A stretch of 64,000 bases of DNA from Candidatus Micrarchaeota archaeon (lineage in GTDB: Archaea; Micrarchaeota; Micrarchaeia; Norongarragalinales; SBBD01). Location: the NCBI GenBank assembly GCA_041305345.1, contig JBFYLP010000005.1, positions 109,817-173,816 of the forward strand, written 5' to 3'. Below the pieces are notes generated by a model. That model saw only the letters and a list, made by a program, of their open reading frames with translations, was not told where the DNA came from and ran no database searches. This document shows positions 56,295-64,000 of this stretch, piece after piece; the first letter of the stretch is position 1; every line of letters starts with the position of its first letter. A program made the translations under genes and the position numbers.

Positions 56295-56571
56295 ACCAGT
56301 CACCCTTCCTCCTGTCCGCGAGCACGTGCTTGTGGTAGACGTGGGATATGAGGCTCGATAGGACGTAGAAGCAACAGAAAATCAGCACAACTGAAACATA
56401 CGCGCCAACCGTGCCCGTCACGGTGAAGGGGAAGTAGAGGATTGGCATGTATTTTGCCTGCAATTGGGACGCTAATGCTTGGGGCAGCGGGATTGGCACC
56501 AGCATGAAGAATGCGGTGACCAGCAATTTCCCGATGGTCGGGTCAAGGAAGCGCTTCCAGTTCATCATCAT
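56287..56571 (-). CDS. Small two-TM membrane protein
   Basis: RFLDPTIGKLL followed by two hydrophobic segments. Confidence 0.7.
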   Translation of the reverse strand: MMMNWKRFLDPTIGKLLVTAFFMLVPIPLPQALASQLQAKYMPILYFPFTVTGTVGAYVSVVLIFCCFYVLSSLISHVYHKHVLADRRKGDWYG

Positions 56572-56888
56572 CAGCCCTGCTCGTAATAATATGCATACGC
56601 CTCATTCCTTAAAAGCTTGTATGCGAGGAAGAAGATGCACGAAATCACGTATGCAAGGATGGTTAGCGAAACGGCATAAAGCGTCTTTGTTCGCTCGCAG
56701 GTTGAAAGCGCATCGTATTCGGAGGAGACGCACGCCGCATCCCCGAGCCTGCAGTTGCTCCCATAGTAGCAAGGAACGGAATACGAAGGGTAAATCAACG
56801 CGTATATTGGGATCACGAGCGCAATTAAAGCGACAAGCTTTCCGTAATTCGGTTCCACGAACTTACCTATCGGCAGCATCCATTTCAC
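56571..56888 (-). CDS. Small two-TM membrane protein with Cys-rich loop
   Basis: KFVEPNYGKLV, TM, four-Cys loop, TM. Confidence 0.7.
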   Translation of the reverse strand: MKWMLPIGKFVEPNYGKLVALIALVIPIYALIYPSYSVPCYYGSNCRLGDAACVSSEYDALSTCERTKTLYAVSLTILAYVISCIFFLAYKLLRNEAYAYYYEQG

Positions 56889-56960
56889 TCTCAGAAATTC
56901 ATTATTGCAAACGACTGCTTTCCGCAGTTAAAGCCCCCTTAAGCTCCCCATTGATTATGG

Positions 56961-57689
56961 TCAAATGAATTTATCCGATATTTCCGCTGCAACCCGAAAG
57001 CCATCGAGCACCGCATCGAGCCCAACTTTTCCTTCCCGGTATAGTTGCTTATCTAGCATCCTATCCTTCCTCCCTTCCGGCCAGATCCTCCACGCATTGT
57101 TGGTAATGTCATCCCCGACTAAAAGCCTTCCCTTCGCGTCCCTCCCATATTCAACCTTGAGGTCGACGAGGGCTATTGCCTGCTTTGCAAACGCCTTCTC
57201 CAAAATCTCAAATATCCGCTTTGTAGTGATCCGAATCTCATCGATCTCCTTCTGGTCCGCTACCTTGAGTGCAACCGCGTGATCATCGTTTATGAACGGG
57301 TCGTGCAGCGCATCGTCCTTGAGGAACAATTCGAACAACGGGGAAGTGAACACCGTTCCTTCCTTGAACGGCACTCTTTTCAATAGTGAACCGGTTGCAA
57401 CCCTCCTAACCACGCATTCAAGCGGGATCATCTTCATCTTCAAGACCACCATATGGTTGTCCTCCGGGGCCGAAACATAATGGGAAGGAATGCCGTTCCT
57501 TGAAAGCAGCTCGAAGCAGTTTTTGGTGGTCCGCCAGTCGTACTTCCCCTTCCCCTTCAGGATGTCGTGCTTCGCGCCGTCCCCGGCGGTGATGTCATCC
57601 TTGAAGAAGAGCACCGCATTTCCCGGATCAGAGGCATCCTGATACACGATTTTTGTCTTGCCTTCCGCGATTTTTTCACCGAGCTTCAT
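56961..57689 (-). CDS. purC: SAICAR synthetase
   Basis: EGKTK, FKDDITAG, IPLECVVR..ATGS, LKDDALHDP, LVDLKVEYG. Confidence 0.95.
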   Translation of the reverse strand: MKLGEKIAEGKTKIVYQDASDPGNAVLFFKDDITAGDGAKHDILKGKGKYDWRTTKNCFELLSRNGIPSHYVSAPEDNHMVVLKMKMIPLECVVRRVATGSLLKRVPFKEGTVFTSPLFELFLKDDALHDPFINDDHAVALKVADQKEIDEIRITTKRIFEILEKAFAKQAIALVDLKVEYGRDAKGRLLVGDDITNNAWRIWPEGRKDRMLDKQLYREGKVGLDAVLDGFRVAAEISDKFI

Positions 57690-57697
57690 TTATGAAT

Positions 57698-58999
57698 TCA
57701 CCTAAGAAAAATGATCTCCTCCCTCTCCGGCCCGACCGACACGGAAACGATAGGCACATTGAGTTCGTGCTGGATGTAATTAATATAGGCGAGTGCAGGT
57801 TTGGGCAGTGCCTTCAATTTCTCCTTTTTCCCCTTTTTGGCGACCGATTTCCAATCCTGCTCGCCAAAACCCAAAAAGGTTTTGTAAACCGGCTTGCATT
57901 GCGGGAGCAGGTGGGAATCGGCAGGGAAATGATCGAGCTGCTTGTTTTTGATTTTGTAATGAGTAGCAACTTTGATTTCCTTCAAGCCGCCTAGGACATC
58001 CAATTTTGTCAGGTGCAATCCGGTGAACCCATTTAGCATTATTGCGGTCCTAAGCATCGGCAGGTCGAGCCACCCGATCCTTCTGGCCCTTCCGGTAGTG
58101 GTGCCGTATTCACCGCCCTTCAAACGGATTTTCTCTGCCAACTCTCCTGAAAGCTCGGTTGGAAAAATCCCATTTCCAACCCTGGTAGTGTACGCTTTCA
58201 CTACCCCTTCGGGATTGGTGATGAAATTTGCAGGGATCCCGCAGCTTACAGCGGCTGCGGAAGCGGTCACATTCGATGATGTGGAATAGGGGTAGGTGCC
58301 GAAATTGTTGTCTAAAAAAGTGCCCTGGGCGCCTTCGAAAAGGATCGATTTTCCCCTCGAGGCCGCATCGTTAAGCTCTGCTGGGACGTCAGCTCCATAG
58401 TCCCTAAGCACGCGGCTGTAAGCGGAATACTCGGATACCACTCCCGCATAGGTGAAATCAGCAGGGAAGTAAACGTCCATATGCTCGAGCAGCTTTATTT
58501 TCTGCTCGTATATGGCCTTGATTTTTAAGGGAAGCGTATCCAGGTGCAAAAGGTCCTCGAACCTAAGCCCAACCCTCGCGGCCTTGTCCTCATAGCACGG
58601 CCCAATCCCCCTCTGGGTGGTGCCGATTTTCTTTGAATTCTCGCCTGCCTCCTGGAGGATGTGCCAGGGCATTATGAGGTGCGCGCGGTAATCGATCCCA
58701 AAAGTCTTGTTGGTGAGGCGAACGCCATTCTTCCTTAAGGTTTCCATTTCCTGTAAAAGCACTTTGGGGTTGACCACGACCCCGGAAGCTATCAAATTGC
58801 GCTTTCCTTGATGGAAAACCCCGCTTGGAAGCAGGTGCTGCTTATATTCCTTCGAGCCGATTTTCACGGTATGGCCGGCGTTGTTGCCCCCATTGAACCG
58901 GACGATGTAATCCGCCTTCTCAGCAAGAAAATCAACAATTTTGCCCTTGCCCTCGTCGCCGAACTGGGAGCCTATGATCGCTAAGCCTTTTTTCATCAA
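57698..58999 (-). CDS. purA: Adenylosuccinate synthetase (long form)
   Basis: GSQFGDEGKGK, GGNNAGHT, GTTQRGIGP, FEGAQG, EYGTTTGRARR, TKLDVL. Confidence 0.97.
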   Translation of the reverse strand: MMKKGLAIIGSQFGDEGKGKIVDFLAEKADYIVRFNGGNNAGHTVKIGSKEYKQHLLPSGVFHQGKRNLIASGVVVNPKVLLQEMETLRKNGVRLTNKTFGIDYRAHLIMPWHILQEAGENSKKIGTTQRGIGPCYEDKAARVGLRFEDLLHLDTLPLKIKAIYEQKIKLLEHMDVYFPADFTYAGVVSEYSAYSRVLRDYGADVPAELNDAASRGKSILFEGAQGTFLDNNFGTYPYSTSSNVTASAAAVSCGIPANFITNPEGVVKAYTTRVGNGIFPTELSGELAEKIRLKGGEYGTTTGRARRIGWLDLPMLRTAIMLNGFTGLHLTKLDVLGGLKEIKVATHYKIKNKQLDHFPADSHLLPQCKPVYKTFLGFGEQDWKSVAKKGKKEKLKALPKPALAYINYIQHELNVPIVSVSVGPEREEIIFLR

Positions 59000-59083
59000 A
59001 ACCCCTCTAAACTAGTTAAGAAAAAGCCTTTTAAAAGCTCTTTGGCATAACCCCATACTCTCTGATATTAAGAGGTCGGAATA

Positions 59084-59269
59084 ATGGTTAACAAATGCCA
59101 GCGTTGCAACAAGGAAGCTCATTATGTAGAGAAATGCATGACCTGCGGCAGGTACGTGTGCAGGAACTGCCAGAAGGCGAGCAAGAGCGCAAGCAAAACC
59201 TCAAGGCTCATAATTTGCAAGGACTGCTGGGGAAAGATGCCAAAAAGGAAGGCGTGGGAATCCGCTTAA
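59084..59269 (+). CDS. Small multi-Cys zinc-finger protein
   Basis: Four CxxC motifs in 61 aa. Confidence 0.75.
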   Translation: MVNKCQRCNKEAHYVEKCMTCGRYVCRNCQKASKSASKTSRLIICKDCWGKMPKRKAWESA

Positions 59270-60336
59270 GCACCCTGCAGGCTGCTTTCGAGGACGAATT
59301 GGGATAGGATGAATGCCAGATAGATTAGCAATAGCATCAGCCCTTCCTTCCGGTCCAGCTGCCTTCCCGTGCGGATGAACTCGAGTGCCATGAATCCAAC
59401 AATCACCATTGAAAATCCCGTAAGGAGGCCAAGCGGGAGCTGCGGAATCCTGAAGGGGAATAGGAATGCGATCACGCCAAGGGTCAACGTAGCATCAGTC
59501 GCCACGTTTCCAAGTATGTCGCCAAGGCCAAGCCCCTTCTTTCCCTCCCTGATCGCCTCAAGGGAGAACGTGAGCTCGGGAAGGCACGTTGCAGCAGCGA
59601 TCAAAACGCCAACGAAAATAGCCGGCAGCCGTAAAATGCCCGCAAGCGAAATCGCATTGTCAGCAACTATGTTGGCACTTGAGAAAAGCACGAACAACGA
59701 GAGCGCAATTAGCATTGACCCTGAAAATGCCTTCATCTTGTGCTGACCAATTTCGGCGATCACTTCGCCTGGCGACTTCCTGCTGCGGGAAATATGCCTC
59801 ACGTAAAATGCGAATGCGGCAAGGAGTGCCACGCCGTCAAGCCGCGAGTACTCTCCATCAAGCATAAGCAGCACGGGAAGCGCCAAAAGCGCCAGGTAGA
59901 ATTTGCTGCCCCCCGCTATCAGCGTGCTTGTGAATTTGACGGACGATGCAATGATTGCAATAGCCCCGAGAATCAACGTAAGGTCGGTGACGTTTGAGCC
60001 CAGCAGCAGGCCAAGGCCGAAACCCGGATTCCCGTCCATTGCGGCACTTAGGGAAATTGAAAATTCCGGCAATACGGCAGCTATCCCTATGACGAGGAAG
60101 CTGGTTGTGAATTGGGATATGCCCAGCATTTTTGATAGCGCGACAAGCGCCTTGACAAGCATCTGCACGCTTTGGAGCAGCAAGAGAAAGCCGGCGGAAA
60201 GAAGGATCAGGGAATAAGCGAAATTTCCTTCTGGGAGGCTCGAAAAAACCGGTTTAAAGAGGTCGTTCAAAGGATCGAATAAAAGCAACATCAAGGAATA
60301 GAAAGCGAGCAGAACGATTGGTGCGCTGGTTTTCAT
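59266..60336 (-). CDS. Na+/Ca2+ (CaCA family) antiporter
   Basis: alpha repeats IAAVLPE...GSNV and ATCLPE...GNV. Confidence 0.9.
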   Translation of the reverse strand: MKTSAPIVLLAFYSLMLLLFDPLNDLFKPVFSSLPEGNFAYSLILLSAGFLLLLQSVQMLVKALVALSKMLGISQFTTSFLVIGIAAVLPEFSISLSAAMDGNPGFGLGLLLGSNVTDLTLILGAIAIIASSVKFTSTLIAGGSKFYLALLALPVLLMLDGEYSRLDGVALLAAFAFYVRHISRSRKSPGEVIAEIGQHKMKAFSGSMLIALSLFVLFSSANIVADNAISLAGILRLPAIFVGVLIAAATCLPELTFSLEAIREGKKGLGLGDILGNVATDATLTLGVIAFLFPFRIPQLPLGLLTGFSMVIVGFMALEFIRTGRQLDRKEGLMLLLIYLAFILSQFVLESSLQGA

Positions 60337-60348
60337 TTTTTCCTCACG

Positions 60349-61293
60349 CTAAATGCTCCCCGCACCGAAAATCACAAGGAACGCAAGGTAGCCAAGCACG
60401 AGCAGCATTCCGGCCCTCTTGTCTATGCCCTTCCTCACTACGACCAAATAAAGCAGGAGGATGTTTGCCATCACTGAAAAGATTATCAGTTTAAGCGCGG
60501 GCGCGAAGGAAATTGCGGGATTTATCATCAATGCAATCCCAAATATCATCGTGAGGTTCACGATTGCGCTCCCAACGGCATTGCCTATCGCCATTTTTTC
60601 CTTGTTCTTCCTTGCCGCCGCGATGCTGACCGACAGCTCGGGGAAAGTAGTGCCAAGTGCTATGAGGGTGCCTCCGATTACGGTCTCGGCAATCCCTAGG
60701 ATGTTGCTCAGCTTAATCGCATTATCGACGACAATTTGCGCCATGAAGAGCACTATTGCTATGAAGAAAATGAATTTGGTCATGTGGGGCAGGAACACGC
60801 GTTTTTTGGGCTCCATTTTCGCCTCCTCCCCCTTTTTTCCTTTCGAAAGCATCCAATATACGTATGCGAGGAAGATCAGGAACAAGGCCGCGCCCGTCAA
60901 CCTTCCGGGTTCGTAAATCACGAAAAAAAGGGATATCAGGCTTGTGCCAAGCATTATCATCACGAGTTCGTTCAGGTCCCTGCGCTTTATTGCAACAACG
61001 CCCAGGATCGCTGCCACTCCCAGGACGAAGGTCACATCCGCAATGTTTGCGCCAAATACGTTTCCGACCGAGAGATCGGTTCCGCCCTTGAGCGCAGCGG
61101 TTGTTGAAATCACGAATTCCGGCAGGGAGGTCGCAATAGAAAGGAGGATGAAGCCAATTGCAAGCTCGCTTATGCCAAAAATCCTCGCAAGCTCGGCTGC
61201 GTGCTCGGTGCTCCTTTCAGCGGACCATAGAACTGCAAACATGCCTCCGACCACGAAAGCCAGGGGGATAAGCCATTCTTCCATCTTCATCAC
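60349..61293 (-). CDS. Na+/Ca2+ (CaCA family) antiporter
   Basis: IATSLPE...GNVFGANI; LGTTFPE...GNAVGS. Confidence 0.92.
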   Translation of the reverse strand: MMKMEEWLIPLAFVVGGMFAVLWSAERSTEHAAELARIFGISELAIGFILLSIATSLPEFVISTTAALKGGTDLSVGNVFGANIADVTFVLGVAAILGVVAIKRRDLNELVMIMLGTSLISLFFVIYEPGRLTGAALFLIFLAYVYWMLSKGKKGEEAKMEPKKRVFLPHMTKFIFFIAIVLFMAQIVVDNAIKLSNILGIAETVIGGTLIALGTTFPELSVSIAAARKNKEKMAIGNAVGSAIVNLTMIFGIALMINPAISFAPALKLIIFSVMANILLLYLVVVRKGIDKRAGMLLVLGYLAFLVIFGAGSI

Positions 61294-62537
61294 TCTTTCT
61301 TCTTTGCATAAGGGTATCTTGTGCCGGCACGTATGATCCTGGGCTTTGCAGCGCCGAGCAACGATTCGTACCGGTAAACGCCAACGGTCGCGACCACGTT
61401 TGTTAGGAGGATCACGAGGAACATTATTTCCTGGAAGTATGGTATCGAAACCCCCTTGCCGATTAGCAGGAAGGTCAGCACTGCTGCAATCAGGTCCCGG
61501 GGGATCATCGTTAGTATGAGGGAATTCTGGAAACCGTCCGCGAACAATTTGCCAAGGAGCCTAATGCCCAAAAATCTGGCAAGAATTATCAGAAGCACAA
61601 GCGCAGCGGATACCGAAACGAGCCCAGGGGAAAGCTCCTTGATGTTGATCATTAGCCCCAGGTAAACGAAGAAGAAGGTGCGCACGAAGAAGGAGACCTC
61701 GGTTTGGAATTGGCGCATCTTGTCCTCCAGGTGGAAGTTGCCCTGGATCTTAAGCAGCTTGGCGAATTCCTCGCTGCTCGCAAGGGCAATCCCGAACACG
61801 AGAATGGATATCGCGCCGCTTCCTCCCATCGCCTCGACGATGGAATATTGGATCAAAAGGACCGCAATTGTCAGGAGGTACCCGAAGGGCTTCCCGTAGA
61901 ATCTTTGCAGGATGAATGCCCAGCCCGCCGCGAACAATATGGCAAGCACAATGCCAATTGAAAATGCCGAAGCGATCTGGCTTCCGAATATGGAAAGGTT
62001 CACGGACTTGGAGATGATGATTTGGGCGAAAAGCAGCGCGCCTATCACGCTTAGCGCATCGGTCATGGTGGATTCGAGGGTCAGGAGGGTTTTGGGCTCC
62101 TCGCCTACCCGGATTTTCGTGATGATGGAGATGACGGCAGCCGAGGAGCTTCCGCCAATCACCGCGCCGAGAAGTAGGCCTTCGGCAAGAGGCCAAGGCC
62201 CCAGGAAGAACATCGCCACCCCGACGAGGAAGACGGATATGATGAACACCAGGAATGTAAATGTGCTTGCCCTTCCGATTTCTTTCATTACCCGGAATAT
62301 GTTCAGGTTGATGCCCCCATCGAAAAGCAATATTACCAGCGCGAGAGTCCCTATGAACGGCGCCAATTCATATATGATGGAGGTCTGGGAGATGTCAATG
62401 ACGTTGAATATGGGGCCCAGCAGCACGCCAAGCAGTATTAGGAAGATCACGTCTGGGATTTTCGTCCTCTCGAAGAACATCATCGAGAAGAACCCGATTA
62501 CTATGATGGTGCCCAATATGAAAAATTCCTGGATCAT
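61290..62537 (-). CDS. Cation:proton antiporter (CPA1/NhaP-like)
   Basis: KIPDV..LI..G..LGP, LFDGG, GGSSSAAV, LESTMTD, FFVYLG. Confidence 0.9.
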   Translation of the reverse strand: MIQEFFILGTIIVIGFFSMMFFERTKIPDVIFLILLGVLLGPIFNVIDISQTSIIYELAPFIGTLALVILLFDGGINLNIFRVMKEIGRASTFTFLVFIISVFLVGVAMFFLGPWPLAEGLLLGAVIGGSSSAAVISIITKIRVGEEPKTLLTLESTMTDALSVIGALLFAQIIISKSVNLSIFGSQIASAFSIGIVLAILFAAGWAFILQRFYGKPFGYLLTIAVLLIQYSIVEAMGGSGAISILVFGIALASSEEFAKLLKIQGNFHLEDKMRQFQTEVSFFVRTFFFVYLGLMINIKELSPGLVSVSAALVLLIILARFLGIRLLGKLFADGFQNSLILTMIPRDLIAAVLTFLLIGKGVSIPYFQEIMFLVILLTNVVATVGVYRYESLLGAAKPRIIRAGTRYPYAKKKE

Positions 62538-62608
62538 CTCAATCCGTTAAAGTACGGAGTAGCCAATTATAAATTTTCCCTCCTGCCCCGGAAGCCCAAT
62601 GCATCGAA

Positions 62609-63001
62609 TCAGACAAGGACCGCGTTCACGACCCCGTGCTGCGAGGGCCTGCTCGTGACCTTCGCCTTGCCGATCTCGGTTTCGAGGATCGCGCCCTTGG
62701 TGATGACGTTCTCCGAAGCATAATGCCTATTGTCCGGAGACTGGACCACATTAACGATCTTTACCTTCTTGATCTTCCCATCCTTCGAAACCACGTTGGC
62801 GAAAATCGCCGTCTTCAGCTTCACCTTGTGGTTGGCACCCTTCCCTCTCTGCCTCTCCCGCATCTCCTCCTTTGATTCCCTCTGGAGCCTTGGCCTGGCG
62901 AAGAAACCCCCGTAATTTGCAAGCGTCTTGTCGCGGTTGGGCCGCTTCTGCGCGCCTGTGCCCGAAGTTTTTGTCTTGAAGGATGCGTGATATTGTACCA
63001 T
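62609..63001 (-). CDS. rps8e: 30S ribosomal protein S8e
   Basis: [21 protein letters not shown]...[32 protein letters not shown]. Confidence 0.96.
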   Translation of the reverse strand: MVQYHASFKTKTSGTGAQKRPNRDKTLANYGGFFARPRLQRESKEEMRERQRGKGANHKVKLKTAIFANVVSKDGKIKKVKIVNVVQSPDNRHYASENVITKGAILETEIGKAKVTSRPSQHGVVNAVLV

Positions 63002-63057
63002 CTGCCAACACCTCAACTGACCGAAATATTAATTATTTCCAGCCTCGTCTTAAGCTG

Positions 63058-63510
63058 ATGCTGTATTTTTACACCCTCAAATCGGAGCTGAAAAATGAGG
63101 AGATAATTAGCGCCATCAAGAATTATAAAGCCATAGCAATACGGCCCGAATTGGCGCTCCTAAGGGTGTTTATAAGCTTCGGTTTTGGAAAGGCGCAGGA
63201 GGATTTCGGGAAGAAAAAAAACGCGGCAAATGCATTCCCGATCGAATGGCTCCTAAGGATTGCGTGCACGCGCAGCATCAAGAAGGCAATTGAGTTTTGC
63301 ACTCCGGATTCGGATGCGATTGGGGTCGTAGGCGAAAGGCCAATTCCAAAAAAAATTTTGGCCAAAATCGGGCGCAGGTACAAAACCAGGTTGAATGGAA
63401 AAATGCTTGGGGAAGTTGCCAATCAATACGGCATCAGCCGGATTTCCCTCGTAAAATATCCCCTGGAGAAGCTGCTTGAGGAAAAATGCATCGTTTCCTT
63501 CCTCGAGTGA
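63058..63510 (+). CDS. cgi121: KEOPS complex subunit Cgi121-like protein
   Basis: KA...F....N.A....IE.LL..A.TR.I.KAI and YGIS...L...LE.LL.EK pattern. Confidence 0.6.
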   Translation: MLYFYTLKSELKNEEIISAIKNYKAIAIRPELALLRVFISFGFGKAQEDFGKKKNAANAFPIEWLLRIACTRSIKKAIEFCTPDSDAIGVVGERPIPKKILAKIGRRYKTRLNGKMLGEVANQYGISRISLVKYPLEKLLEEKCIVSFLE

Positions 63511-63585
63511 AAAAAAGTTTTATAATGATGTCACGAGAGGATTTTACAATACCTATATATATTTTATCCGAGTATAGGTTTGACT

Positions 63586-64000
63586 ATGCGAAGCGTGCCC
63601 AAGCATCCCAAAGGCGCAAATTTCGTAAAATACCTTCACGAATTCGTTCTGGAAAGCATCGGAAACAAGGGATTGCAGGTGCTTCTTTGCACCGGCGATG
63701 GCTGCACCGATGAAATCATCGAGGAGCGCACGAAATTGAAGATCGCTGAGATCAGGTCCATATTAAACCACCTCCACTCGTACGGCTTTGTCGATTATAC
63801 GAGGGAGAAGAACATGCAGAACGGATGGTTCACATACACGTGGAAGTCGAATGGCGATAGGGCGATGCAGAATTTCCTCATGATCAAAAGGAAGGAGGCG
63901 GAGAGGCTCCGCAGCGGGATAGAGTGCTCGGATGGCGCCGTATTCTACAGGTGCGGCAAGGGATGCGTAAAGCTGATGTTCGATTCCGCAATGGAGCAAA
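63586..64000 (+). CDS. tfe: Transcription factor E (TFE alpha), partial
   Basis: Manual translation: ...CTDEIIEERTKLKIAEIRSILNHLHSYGFVDYTREKNMQNGWFTYTW...FYRCGKGC..LMFDSAME; not in the ORF track. Confidence 0.9.
   Translation, partial: MRSVPKHPKGANFVKYLHEFVLESIGNKGLQVLLCTGDGCTDEIIEERTKLKIAEIRSILNHLHSYGFVDYTREKNMQNGWFTYTWKSNGDRAMQNFLMIKRKEAERLRSGIECSDGAVFYRCGKGCVKLMFDSAMEQ

Noticed and set aside
2-63999. Numerous short ORFs antisense or out of frame to long genes (e.g. 2-391, 8814-9293, 32732-33682, 36342-37457)
   Set aside because: Shadow ORFs of ~50% GC coding regions, with no recognisable motifs and overlapping confidently assigned genes

Overview
Archaeal window, most consistent with a DPANN (Micrarchaeota-like) genome: rps8e, TFE, Cgi121, UPF0147, DUF373, a KaiC-like ATPase and BHB-intron tRNAs. 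Main contents: (i) a ~3.7-14.6 kb Rhs polymorphic-toxin locus. It has a Sec-signal-bearing SpvB/FG-GAP/Rhs protein with a REase-fold tip, immunity genes and two silent Rhs cassettes, each preceded by the same ~200-bp structured repeat. (ii) Two multi-intron tRNA genes missed by the ORF track: tRNA-Ile(UAU) with four introns and tRNA-Gln(CUG) with three; their 59/60 introns look homologous. (iii) A small AbiE/Fic accessory island. (iv) Three paralogous 2.1-2.6 kaa membrane-anchored surface proteins. (v) Housekeeping genes (folD, purA/C/E, IMPase, antiporters, Lon-like ATPase) and a partial GGDEF-like gene at the left edge. All family assignments come from motif recognition by eye; no searches were run.
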